Shown here: in pieces, positions 1 through 8,276 of the stretch
Position numbering within the stretch: the first letter of the stretch is position 1
How the letters are laid out: every line of letters starts with the position of its first letter
Virus record (IMG/VR): IMGVR_UViG_2648501787_000018
DNA length: 25,110 nucleotides
DNA from: a virus
Taxonomy: Duplodnaviria > Heunggongvirae > Uroviricota > Caudoviricetes
Direction: 5' to 3' (one strand)
Translations under genes and position numbers: made by a program
Notes under the pieces: model-generated
Database searches by the model: none
Seen by the model: the letters and a program-made list of their open reading frames with translations, nothing else
Told to the model about the DNA's origin: nothing

Positions 1-693
1 TGTATTCCCCATTACAGGCAAACTTAACTTCATGGTATCGACCGCCGATTTAATGGCGTTCTGCGAATAGCTGATCTCCGCATCAATGAAAATCTGTGCC
101 ATAGCTCGCTGTAATTCTTTATCCTGTACTGGCTCCCATACAACGCCGTTGTAATGGTGAACAGTGTCAGAGTCAGCATGAATCGCCAGTTCACCGCCAT
201 AATGTGCCAGGAGAACTTCGCCGCGTTGACTTGCTCCCATCTGGTTAAGCGCCAGTGATGAAGCGTTATCGTCTTTTACCCGCTCTTTTTTCTTTACAGG
301 CAGTTCAACTACCTTTTTCTTTTCCGCCTGCTCTGCCCGTTCACGTTCCAGATATTCGCGCCAGTTCTCCCGTTTCTGGCTGTGCATTCCTTCAGGGTAA
401 TAATCAGCATCCCTGACACCTGCCACTGCCAGTTTCTGCCCGATGGTATTAACAAGCCCCGGACGCAATAACCCCGCCTGATAAAGACGCACGCGATAGC
501 GTCCGTCCGGTACGATTTGCAGGTTGTCCAGTTCGGCAAGTTGTTGCTCTCCAAGCCAGACAGGTGGCACGTTATCGCCAGCCAGTCGCCCGTCCTGTTC
601 CTGCCACTGTTTCGCATGTGCCCACGCATCACTACCCGCAAAAATGATGACTTCCGTCATTTTGTCACGCGGCTGGTGTTTTAAATTTGGCGC
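1..693 (-). CDS. Putative replication protein of the integrative element (P4-family primase/helicase-like), N-terminal part only; gene runs off the window start
   Basis: Minus-strand frame open from ATG at 693-691 to the window edge; absent from the ORF track because incomplete. Translation begins MKKAPNLKHQPRDKMTEVIIFAGSDAWAHAKQWQ. Residues about 165-200 (GEVLLAHYGGELAIHADSDTVHHYNGVVWEP) resemble the D5_N-type motif of P4-family primases. Assignment from memory. Confidence 0.4.
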
Positions 694-698
694 TTTTT

Positions 699-998
699 TC
701 ATTTCTGCTCTCTCCACGCGGCAATCATGTTTTTCAGTTCCTGTAGTTTTTTATCAACATCCATACATGACACATGGTTATTTCTGGAAAGCGGGATTTC
801 CCGCCTGAATCTGCTAATAAAGATCTCCACGTTCAGCGAACTATGAAATGAATAGCCATCACGAATAAAATACACACGGTCAAACATCAGTTCTTTTACC
901 GTTACTCTGTTACCGTTCTTATCCAGATAAATAGCGCCGGGGATAATTTTGGGGTGTGCATAACCGCTGGCAGTCAAGCCAGATAAATATGTTCTCAT
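699..998 (-). CDS. Hypothetical protein (99 aa), island replication/regulation operon
   Basis: Track ORF with ATG start, same strand and tight spacing with flanking genes. No recognisable motif. Confidence 0.4.
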   Translation of the reverse strand: MRTYLSGLTASGYAHPKIIPGAIYLDKNGNRVTVKELMFDRVYFIRDGYSFHSSLNVEIFISRFRREIPLSRNNHVSCMDVDKKLQELKNMIAAWREQK

Positions 999-1004
999 GA
1001 TTAT

Positions 1005-1325
1005 TTATCCCCGATTTGAATCAGTATTCGCTTTCTTTATGGCATTTAATGCATCTGTGGCATTTTCAATGGTGCACCGTAACGAAATATCAAACTGCCC
1101 AAGCATTGCCAGTAACAAACCGATATTACCCATATCAATGCGCATAGCCTTTTCGTCATAGTCCTCATTTTCTGACGCATGCCACATCAGGCTACCAATT
1201 GACGCAACAGCCATTGATATATTGTCAGTAGCCCCATCCGCAGCGGAATAAACCTTTTTAGCAATATCATGCTCACAGTTAAAATGCGGATTAATCAGGT
1301 ACTGGTAATTTGACATATCAGGCAT
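1005..1325 (-). CDS. Hypothetical protein (106 aa)
   Basis: Track ORF; its ATG (1325-1323) sits 3 nt from the upstream gene's stop (1320-1318), suggesting co-translation. No recognisable motif. Confidence 0.4.
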   Translation of the reverse strand: MPDMSNYQYLINPHFNCEHDIAKKVYSAADGATDNISMAVASIGSLMWHASENEDYDEKAMRIDMGNIGLLLAMLGQFDISLRCTIENATDALNAIKKANTDSNRG

Positions 1326-1520
1326 GGCATACCCCCTGACGAATACGGGCGGCGAATACCATCACGCAGCCAGCCGGGGATTGCTGGCGTGCTTCCTGTT
1401 CGCTGCTGGCCTCAATGGTAATCACGCGCGGTTGTGCCGTGCTCAGGGCGATAAAACGCCAGATGTATTTATTCAGGTTGTGCGAATCCCGCCCTTGCGG
1501 GTGTGTGGTATGATTTCTCA
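1318..1520 (-). CDS. Hypothetical small protein (about 67 aa)
   Basis: Internal ATG at 1520-1518 preceded by GAGG about 7 nt upstream; the longer track ORF (to 1632) has no better start signal. Function unknown. Confidence 0.35.
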
Positions 1521-1729
1521 TAGCTACCTCGATACTGTTGCTATCGTTGGTGGTTAGAAGCCCGTTGGTGTTCCTAGCACCTTCGGGCTTTGCTTTTTTA
1601 AGTGCCTCCGTGTTAAGGTGGCCACCTAACAATGAAAAGGCTAATTCAATAGGTGGTCACTTGTCAACGATCAAACGCGATAAAAGTCCTAAGGGTGATG
1701 GGCAATCTCCACAATTCAGAATGCGAATT

Positions 1730-1852
1730 TCTCCAGAGCTAAAAGAGCAATTCGACAAAGAAGCGCAGAGCGACGGCATAAGCCTAGCCAACTGGCTTAA
1801 AGAATTAGGGCGCAAAGAGCTGCTACGGCGCGGTATTGAACCAAAAGGATAA
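1730..1852 (+). CDS. Small ribbon-helix-helix-like (Arc/CopG-type) DNA-binding protein, about 40 aa; alternative TTG start at 1661
   Basis: MRISPELKEQFDKEAQSDGISLANWLKELGRKELLRRGIEPKG has an N-terminal beta-strand then two short helices typical of RHH proteins. Stop is 27 nt before the next gene. Start codon uncertain. Confidence 0.3.
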   Translation, partial: SPELKEQFDKEAQSDGISLANWLKELGRKELLRRGIEPKG

Positions 1853-1879
1853 GAATAATTGAAGTCAAGGAGCTAACAC

Positions 1880-2236
1880 ATGAAATACGAATTCTTCGCA
1901 ACAAGTAGCAGTAGTTTGGATGTATACATAGTCACTGTATCAAACGATTCTGGCTCGCTAATCATGACTTGTAATTGTCCAGCAGGAAGTAAAGGTATTC
2001 TATGTAGACACCGTAAAGCTTTAATTACCGGAAAAATCCGCGGTATATTCACTCCCCCAAGAAGGAATAATCCTGAAAAATTACAAGAAGCTATGAATTT
2101 AATAGCCACATATGGCATAGATAAAACATTAAAGTTGTACACTGATGAGTTAGAACGAGCAGAACAGACTTGGATAAGTGTTCGCGATAATTTGAGAGCA
2201 ATGATAAACGCTCTTGTTGAACCACCTAAATATTGA
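1880..2236 (+). CDS. Hypothetical protein with SWIM-type zinc-finger-like motif (CxC-x9-CxH), 118 aa
   Basis: Strong RBS (AAGGAG) about 8 nt upstream of ATG 1880; AT-rich coding sequence; motif TCNCPAGSKGILCRH matches the CxCxnCxH SWIM pattern. No family recognised beyond the motif. Confidence 0.45.
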   Translation: MKYEFFATSSSSLDVYIVTVSNDSGSLIMTCNCPAGSKGILCRHRKALITGKIRGIFTPPRRNNPEKLQEAMNLIATYGIDKTLKLYTDELERAEQTWISVRDNLRAMINALVEPPKY

Positions 2237-2308
2237 ACTGATCACATTGCCCACCAGTCACAAATGTGGCATTGTTGGTGATGCGTTCAAGTTTAGTGTA
2301 TATCCATT

Positions 2309-2338
2309 GGCGACCGCCCCAGGTCGCCTTTGTTTTGT
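2309..2338 (+). terminator. Rho-independent terminator downstream of the RHH/SWIM gene pair
   Basis: Inverted repeat GGCGACC-gcccca-GGTCGCC followed by TTTGTTTTGT. Confidence 0.4.
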
Positions 2339-2919
2339 CACTGAATGCGGTTACCAAAGTAAAACTCAGGCTGATATTCACGTATCAGCCTTTTTTCTTC
2401 TTCCTCCAGCTCACGCTTTTTGCGCTTACATGCCTGTAGCTCCCTCCCCTTCTCGCTGGCACTTATTTGATATTGCTCTTTACGGCGGGAAAAATCCTGT
2501 AATGCACCCCACGGGATACCATAAGCCCCCGTTTTTCTGATACCTGGTATCACATTCCTGAATACCCAGTTACTGAAACGATGGGCGAACGTGCCAGGAG
2601 TAACAGCTTTGCGACTTCTGGCGATCAGCTTGTAAAAACCAGATTCAGAAACGACGCTATGATTTGGATTTCCGCGAATACCGTAGCTTAAAGCGACGGT
2701 ATTCTTCTCATCCACATCCAGAGCTTTTAGAGCATCGCGTGAGTTGCTTATTTCCAGAGCTTCACAAACATCCTTTGCAACAAACCACGGATCGCCGTTC
2801 AGATACACCACACGAACATCCACGCCATCAAAGCGCAGAACGACAAGATCACGAATATCGCAGAATTTTTTTACTGAACGAGCGTACCCCTTGCCCGTCA
2901 CGGCAATATTTTTATTCAT
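2338..2919 (-). CDS. BRO-N domain protein (phage antirepressor-like)
   Basis: VRVVYLNGDPWFVAKDVCEALEISNSRDALKALDVDEK ... SGFYKLIARSRK ... FSNWVFRNVIPGIRKTGAYG matches the conserved Bro-N domain pattern. GAGG RBS 8 nt upstream of ATG 2919. Confidence 0.75.
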   Translation of the reverse strand: MNKNIAVTGKGYARSVKKFCDIRDLVVLRFDGVDVRVVYLNGDPWFVAKDVCEALEISNSRDALKALDVDEKNTVALSYGIRGNPNHSVVSESGFYKLIARSRKAVTPGTFAHRFSNWVFRNVIPGIRKTGAYGIPWGALQDFSRRKEQYQISASEKGRELQACKRKKRELEEEEKRLIREYQPEFYFGNRIQ

Positions 2920-2934
2920 CGTTTTTTACCTCAC

Positions 2935-2963
2935 ATACAAAAAACCCCGCATTGCGTGCGGGG
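2935..2963 (-). terminator. Rho-independent terminator after alpA-like gene (minus strand)
   Basis: Hairpin CCCCGC-attgcgt-GCGGGG (2945-2963); on the minus strand it is followed by TTTTTTGTATG. Confidence 0.4.
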
Positions 2964-2977
2964 TATGAAAGATATTA

Positions 2978-3181
2978 TTAGTGGGGATTGGCCTGTTCTC
3001 GTTGTTTATCTAACCATGCATCTACATCTCTACGGTGCCAGGTATGCCGCCGCCCAATTCTGAACGGTTGAGGAAAACCATTATTTTCATCTTTCCAGAA
3101 ATTGATGAATGCGCTCATTGCCCCATAGCGCAAAATTTTCATTACGTCTTTAGTAAATAAAATATCTTCATTGGTATTCAT
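2978..3181 (-). CDS. alpA: AlpA/excisionase-family HTH transcriptional regulator (67 aa)
   Basis: Small HTH protein immediately downstream of the integrase; ...GFPQPFRIGRRHTWHRRDVDAWL fits the AlpA/Xis (HTH_17) pattern FP.P.R.G.R..W...DV..WL. Confidence 0.7.
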   Translation of the reverse strand: MNTNEDILFTKDVMKILRYGAMSAFINFWKDENNGFPQPFRIGRRHTWHRRDVDAWLDKQREQANPH

Positions 3182-3193
3182 TTGCTGAACTCC

Positions 3194-4432
3194 TCAACCA
3201 TTTACTATTCTCAAACCTTTCTTACCACCGGATCTATTAATTACCCCTTTTCTCGCCTCATCAAAAAAATCTCCTACCCATTGCATCATAATTTTGCGTT
3301 GTTCTAAATAAGTAGTTCTATTATAAATATCTCTTATTTTATCACCACTTTTATGTGCTAATGCAGCCTCAATAACATCAGGGTTAAAACCCTCCTCATT
3401 TAAAAGCGTACTCCACATCGAACGAAAACCGTGTAACGTTACAATCCCTTTGAACTTGCTGGCAGCAATTGGGGTATTGATAGTATTCTTTCCCATAGGA
3501 GCATCTTTTGTTCTGGAGGAAAAAAATATATAACGCCCTCTTTTTATTTTCTGCATTGTTCTTAGGATTCTAATAGCCTGTGATGAGAGAGGCACAACAT
3601 GTTCACGATGGCATTTCATTTTATGCGCGGGGATAATCCACAAGCCAGAATCAAAATCAATCTCGGACCACTCTGCTTTAATCGCCTCACCTGGCCTGAC
3701 CATTGTCAATATCTGGAATAAAAGTGCATTGTGAGCTATTTGATACTTATGAGGCACACTATCCCACCAACTCAGAAATTCAGGCAATCTTTCAACAGGT
3801 AGTGCAGCTAATGATTTATTTTTCTTTCCTGTGAATGCAGTTTTTATCTTAAGTAATGGATTCGTTTTCAATGCTCCACAATTTACAGCGTAATTCATAA
3901 TTTCATTTAATCTTGATATTAATTTTTTTTGCAACGCATTCTTATCGGATACGGCATCCAGAGCATTAATAGCTACTGGCGCTGTAATTTTCTCTATGCT
4001 GTACTTACCAAAGAAAGGAACAAGATATTTGTATACTTCATATTCGATATTATACAGCGTAGGTTTCCGCAATTCCGATCCCTTTTTAAAAGCGATCCAT
4101 GCATTAGCAACAGCTTCAAATGTTTGTAGATTTTTTAGTGACATCTCAATTTTACGATTTTTCTTCTCTGTCACTGGATCAACTCCACGTGCAATCATTC
4201 GCCGAAGTTCATCACGTATTTCCCGTGCTTCCGCGAGTGAGAATTCAGGAAAACGCCCTATCGTGTATGTCTGCCGTTTCTTCGTTATCGGATGGCTATA
4301 ACGGAAACGCCACACTTTCCCACCAGCTTTACTCACATTCAGCAATAAACCGAACCCATCATAAACGGCATAGTCCTTTTCACGTGGTTTCATTCCCTTA
4401 ACTTCAGTCACGGTTAATGGCTTTACCGGCAT
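3194..4432 (-). CDS. int: Tyrosine site-specific integrase, P4/IntS-like
   Basis: 412 aa. N-terminal arm-binding region (KPREKDYAVYDGFGLLLNVSKAGGKVWRFRY) and C-terminal catalytic residues (HGFRSMWST ... IRDIYNRTTY) typical of P4-type integrases. Confidence 0.9.
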   Translation of the reverse strand: MPVKPLTVTEVKGMKPREKDYAVYDGFGLLLNVSKAGGKVWRFRYSHPITKKRQTYTIGRFPEFSLAEAREIRDELRRMIARGVDPVTEKKNRKIEMSLKNLQTFEAVANAWIAFKKGSELRKPTLYNIEYEVYKYLVPFFGKYSIEKITAPVAINALDAVSDKNALQKKLISRLNEIMNYAVNCGALKTNPLLKIKTAFTGKKNKSLAALPVERLPEFLSWWDSVPHKYQIAHNALLFQILTMVRPGEAIKAEWSEIDFDSGLWIIPAHKMKCHREHVVPLSSQAIRILRTMQKIKRGRYIFFSSRTKDAPMGKNTINTPIAASKFKGIVTLHGFRSMWSTLLNEEGFNPDVIEAALAHKSGDKIRDIYNRTTYLEQRKIMMQWVGDFFDEARKGVINRSGGKKGLRIVNG

Positions 4433-4593
4433 CTATCGCCCTCATTTTTTAGTCCGTCATGTAGTCCTTTCAAGTCGATAACAAGCGATAAACTAACTCA
4501 TTATCAAGTAAAGAGAGGAAACACAAAAAATCACAACTCATTGAAAAGACTACAAAACGACACCAGAACATAAAAACAGGTAAGAAATGTACC

Positions 4594-5589
4594 CTACATC
4601 CAGAATGACGCAATACGTGAGCGTCGGGGATCACCATAACGACTGCCATCCGCATTGATGGATTCACCATCCCGCAACCAGACCCCACGTCCGTTCAGCT
4701 CACGTTTTTGTTCAGGCATAATCCGTCCTGAACAGGAAGGACACTGAATATAAGCCGCCTCACTTGCCAGCACAGGATCGGCAATATCACGGAAACCAGC
4801 AACCACATCGCCGCAGGGCTGAAAATACTCACCACAGTGTGGGCAGGGCCAGTACCAGCGACGTCGATCGCCACGGTTATAGAGTGACAGTATCCCCGTG
4901 GTTGGTGGAGCCTCATGCGGTGAAGTCCGTCGCCATTTCACATCCTTCACATCCCTGCCGGGGGAACTCTCCACCAGCGTCATACCACTGGACATAAATG
5001 TGGTGGTACGTTTTGAGGCAAGAGAGAAGGCATCCCCCTCGCCATCAATATCTTCCGGAAAACGGTCATAATCCGTCAGCGCCACGCATTTATAATCTGA
5101 TGAGGACATGATATTGACTGACGGCCAGCCGATTTTCAGGTAGTTGCCAGCAAGGAATGTTCTGTCATAAACGTTGTTGTCATTTTTGTTCGGACTCAGG
5201 CGACTGACCACTTCCGGGCTGACGCGAAACGTTCTGGCAAGTCGTTTTTTGGAGTGTTCGCGGGCTTTTTCCTCCGTCATCTGAATGATCAGCATATCCG
5301 CAGGATCGCAAATCACGTTGTAAATCACCCAGCCGTCAATCAGGCCGATAGTCTTGCCGGTTCGTGCCGGACCAACAAATATCACTGCGTCGTATTCACG
5401 CGAGGCCAGGCAGTTCATCGGCTCAATAACATACGGTGCCACCAGCGGATCCCACGGGACTGAGTTCCCTGCCCCCATGGGCACCCGCATATACTGAGCA
5501 ACGGCATCAGCAACCCGCATTCGTCTCGGTGCGCGAAGGATATAACCTGAATCGGTTCGTGCTGCCTTTGCGGTTTCCTGATTCAGCAT
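4594..5589 (-). pseudogene. Terminase large subunit, GpA family, truncated to the N-terminal 331 codons
   Basis: Walker A-like GPARTGKT and zinc-finger region WPCPHCGEYFQP ... CPSCSG as in lambda gpA (about 640 aa). The frame ends at ...RIASFWM well before the nuclease domain, followed by AT-rich island sequence. Start overlaps the Nu1-like stop (TAATG). Confidence 0.65.
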
Positions 5590-6083
5590 TACTCCTCCTG
5601 CTGTAATTCCTCCTCATCATCCGCACCTGCTTCGGTCACCCGCAGGGCTATCTGATCGCGCAGATCATCAATAATGGACTGAACACGGCTCACAGCGGCA
5701 GGCTGCAGACCGCAGTCACGTTCCAGAATATCCGGTAATGTTTCCAGTACCTGCACGACCGCTTTTGCCCAGATGGCAAACTCCCGTCTGACATCACTGG
5801 CCGGAATGAGTTGTGCCGTTTCCTGTTCGAACTTAAGACGCTCACGTTCAGACTGATACCAGGCTTTGCGCTCATGCGCGTCCATTTCGCCTTCTGCAAC
5901 CGGCGGTGGTAATGCCAGAAATGCCGACACAATATCAACCACCCGATAAAGCTTGAGGTTGCTTTCATGCCCCCCTGCAACGGGTAGATTTTGCAGCCTT
6001 GCCGCAGCAGTCTGGCGATGTACACCTGACAGTGCCGCCAGTTGACTGATATTCAGCGTCAGATTTTTTAACTCTTGATCCAT
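5589..6083 (-). CDS. Terminase small subunit, Nu1-like
   Basis: 164 aa; N-terminal HTH (LNISQLAALSGVHRQTAAARLQN) and position immediately upstream of gpA as in lambda Nu1. GGAG RBS 7 nt upstream of ATG 6083. Confidence 0.8.
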   Translation of the reverse strand: MDQELKNLTLNISQLAALSGVHRQTAAARLQNLPVAGGHESNLKLYRVVDIVSAFLALPPPVAEGEMDAHERKAWYQSERERLKFEQETAQLIPASDVRREFAIWAKAVVQVLETLPDILERDCGLQPAAVSRVQSIIDDLRDQIALRVTEAGADDEEELQQEE

Positions 6084-6099
6084 ACCCGCTCCAGAATGT

Positions 6100-6285
6100 T
6101 TTAAACATGCATCTTGCGAACAACTTTAGGCAAACGGTGTTAGTGATGAACAAAAAACAATCAAAATCGACACCATAAAAATAAAACTAATGCAATATCA
6201 ATGCATTACAGTAGTGGTGATGACGAATGAAATTTCAAAAACTAGCCTTTTTCCGCGCCGCTCCCGCCCCGTGGCAGGCCACCCC
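6100..6285 (-). other. Putative cos region (cosN about 6253-6275, cosB between it and the Nu1-like start)
   Basis: About 180 bp upstream of the Nu1-like start, the minus strand reads GGGGCGGGAGCGGCGCGGAAAAAGG, resembling the lambda cosN region (GGGCGGCGACCTCGCGGGTTTTCGC), followed by an AT-rich stretch with a 7-bp inverted repeat TAATGCA/TGCATTA. Exact nick sites cannot be set from sequence. Confidence 0.45.
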
Positions 6286-6536
6286 ACCGGAAGGACCCGC
6301 CAAAATGAGAGTGATTATCACCATTGCTGATGAATAAATTGATGAAAATCATTGAAACGCCTTTCAGCAAGATAACGGCGACGGTCGTTGTTGAACTCCG
6401 TAACTCTGCTACTAAGGTTAAAAGCATGGCCATCTTTTGCCACCGGCAAATCTTCAATGGATTTCCCCTGCCGGTTTTTTATTCCTCACATTATCGCAGC
6501 CCCTCAGTGAAGGGCTGCTGTAATGCCTGCTGTTAC

Positions 6537-6920
6537 TCAGTAACGACCGCGCCTTCCGGTAATTTCATACCGGCAAATACCGGACAGCCCGGGGATCGTT
6601 ATCTGCAGCTGGTTAGCCAGGGAGTTAATCTCAGCGACCAACACTGGCTTCGTATAGCGCCATGCCGCCAGCCCTTGTCCACAGAAGCTCGCCATATCTT
6701 TTTTCTGATCAAACTCATGACACTTCATATTGAGCTGCGCACTTAAGCTGTTGCGATGCTGAAGTTCTCCGGTGAAGTAGTCATCCAGGACTTTATAGGC
6801 TGCATATTTAAATCCGGGGTTTAGCCATGCTGCATAATCATAAGCAACAAACTTCCCGCCATATGTTCCACCGTGTACACCGCGCTCAGTAAAAACCACA
6901 GATTCGTGTTTTTTCTCCAT
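6537..6920 (-). CDS. Hypothetical protein (127 aa) with KilA-N-like motif, directly downstream of Rz
   Basis: GGTYGGKFVAYDYAAWLNPGFKYAAYKVL resembles the KilA-N core (compare [25 protein letters not shown] in the 269-aa protein at 12039-12848), but the N-terminal half of the domain seems absent. Confidence 0.4.
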   Translation of the reverse strand: MEKKHESVVFTERGVHGGTYGGKFVAYDYAAWLNPGFKYAAYKVLDDYFTGELQHRNSLSAQLNMKCHEFDQKKDMASFCGQGLAAWRYTKPVLVAEINSLANQLQITIPGLSGICRYEITGRRGRY

Positions 6921-7388
6921 CTACTTAATGCGCTGGGTGCGGATATATTCCTGCGCCCCTTCCAGTTGCTTCTGCATCGTCATCAACCGTTCTCTGAGGG
7001 TGAAATAATCCCGTTCAGCGGTGTCTGCCAGTCGGGGGCTGGTTGCATTATCCATGCTGGTGGGTCCGGTGGCTTCACGCACGGCTGCGGAGCAACTGGC
7101 ATTGACCCGCAGGCGCTTACGACCAGCGGCAACATCAGCGCGCAGAGTTTCATTTTCAGTTTTCGCATCGGCTAACTCCTTCGTGTATTTTGCATCGATC
7201 GCAGCAACATCACGCTGACGCTGCTGCATGTCAGCGATGGTGGCGGTCGCCTGCTTCAGCTCACTGACTTTTTTATCACGCTGTTCTTTGTAGGCGATGG
7301 CGTTATCACGGTAATGATTAACAGCCCATGACAGGCAGGCGATGATACAAATAACCAGAGCGGAGATAATCGCGGTTACTCTGCTCAT
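6921..7388 (-). CDS. Rz: i-spanin Rz
   Basis: [16 protein letters not shown]...[13 protein letters not shown]...[16 protein letters not shown]...MQKQLEG is near-identical to lambda Rz as I recall it. Confidence 0.9.
   Translation of the reverse strand: MSRVTAIISALVICIIACLSWAVNHYRDNAIAYKEQRDKKVSELKQATATIADMQQRQRDVAAIDAKYTKELADAKTENETLRADVAAGRKRLRVNASCSAAVREATGPTSMDNATSPRLADTAERDYFTLRERLMTMQKQLEGAQEYIRTQRIK
6983..7168 (-). CDS. Rz1: o-spanin Rz1 (lipoprotein, embedded in Rz in the +1 frame)
   Basis: [22 protein letters not shown]...[32 protein letters not shown]: lipobox LVVSAC and proline-rich segment match lambda Rz1; fully nested in Rz. Confidence 0.85.
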   Translation of the reverse strand: MRKLKMKLCALMLPLVVSACGSMPVAPQPCVKPPDPPAWIMQPAPDWQTPLNGIISPSENG

Positions 7389-7861
7389 ACCTCAATCTCT
7401 CTGACCGTTCCGCCTGCTTCTTTGAATTTTGCAATCAGGCTGTCAACTTTATGCTCGAACTGACCATAACCAGCGCCCGGTAGTGAAGCCCAGATATTGC
7501 TGCAACGGTCGATAGCCTGACGAATATCACCGCGATCAATCATCGGTAAAGCGCCACGCTCTTTAATCTGCTGCAGAGCTACAGCGTCCTGGCTTTCTGG
7601 AGAAAAATCTTTCAGGCCAAGCTGTTTACGGTAAGCATCCCACCAGCGTGAAAGAAGCTGGTAACGTCCGGCGGCTGTTGATTTGAGTTTGGGGTTTAGC
7701 GTGACAAGTTTGCGAGGATGATCGGAGTAATCCGTGAATAACTCACCACCTACAATAACGTCGTAGCCGTGATTGCGGGTTGGCTGTCGCCCGTTATCCG
7801 TTCCTTCTGACCACGCCAACATATCGAGGAAAGCTTTACGCTGGGAATTTAGTACCTGCAT
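7385..7861 (-). CDS. R: Endolysin, lambda R-type lytic transglycosylase
   Basis: 158 aa; [77 protein letters not shown] is almost identical to lambda R. Confidence 0.95.
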   Translation of the reverse strand: MQVLNSQRKAFLDMLAWSEGTDNGRQPTRNHGYDVIVGGELFTDYSDHPRKLVTLNPKLKSTAAGRYQLLSRWWDAYRKQLGLKDFSPESQDAVALQQIKERGALPMIDRGDIRQAIDRCSNIWASLPGAGYGQFEHKVDSLIAKFKEAGGTVREIEV

Positions 7862-7864
7862 AAA

Positions 7865-8200
7865 TTACTCCTTAGAGCCACCAAACTTGTTACCGATTAC
7901 TCGCATTGCAGCCCCACGAATAGCATCGACACCGATCAGCCCCACACCGCCACCAATGGCAACAGAAAGTGATTTAGGCCATCCGACATACTCAAGAGCG
8001 GATGCAAAGGTCAGCGTCAGAGCGCCACAGAGCAAAATCTCGAGCGTTTTTCGCTTCCAGCCACCACCACCGCCAAAATAGGCGATGCGCAAACCAGCCA
8101 TAACGATCGACATAATCACTGCACCCAGCGGCGTGTCTCCACGCCACCAGCTCTGAAACAACTCCAGCCAGTCCGGCCAGGTATTTGGGTTATGAGGCAT
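7865..8200 (-). CDS. Holin, class I (three predicted TM segments); track ORF extends to an upstream ATG at 8296
   Basis: Hydrophobic segments LGAVIMSIVMAGLRIAYF, LEILLCGALTLTFASALEYVGW and LSVAIGGGVGLIGV, then a charged C-terminus (RGAAMRVIGNKFGGSKE) like lambda S. The ATG at 8200 is preferred because the longer form overlaps the methyltransferase 3' end. Confidence 0.7.
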   Translation of the reverse strand: MPHNPNTWPDWLELFQSWWRGDTPLGAVIMSIVMAGLRIAYFGGGGGWKRKTLEILLCGALTLTFASALEYVGWPKSLSVAIGGGVGLIGVDAIRGAAMRVIGNKFGGSKE

Positions 8201-8276
8201 TTCGTCATCTCTCACCTCGCGATATTTGCGGGTGCTGTGTTGGAAATAAAAAGGCCACGCAACGTGGCCACCAGAA

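Noticed and set aside
309-808. Track ORFs at 309-641 (minus) and 524-808 (plus)
   Set aside because: Both overlap the longer partial minus-strand frame (1-693), which has a D5_N-like motif; their translations are Arg/Cys/Ser-rich.
2363-2392. Second hairpin plus T-run (AGGCTGATA-n6-TATCAGCCT-TTTTTC) as a separate terminator
   Set aside because: Lies inside the 3' end of the BRO-N coding frame; may act with the 2309-2338 terminator but cannot be called separately from sequence alone.
3929-4401. Plus-strand ORFs (66, 101, 93 aa) inside the integrase locus
   Set aside because: Antisense to a well-supported 412-aa integrase frame; no RBS; typical shadow ORFs.
4433-4593. Possible tRNA gene at the integrase-proximal boundary
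   Set aside because: No sequence with tRNA-like features (T-loop GTTCxAxxC, acceptor stem complementarity) found; the region is simply AT-rich.
6324-6746. 140-aa plus-strand ORF spanning the putative cos region
   Set aside because: Crosses the G-rich cosN-like element and overlaps the 127-aa minus-strand gene; no RBS; composition atypical.
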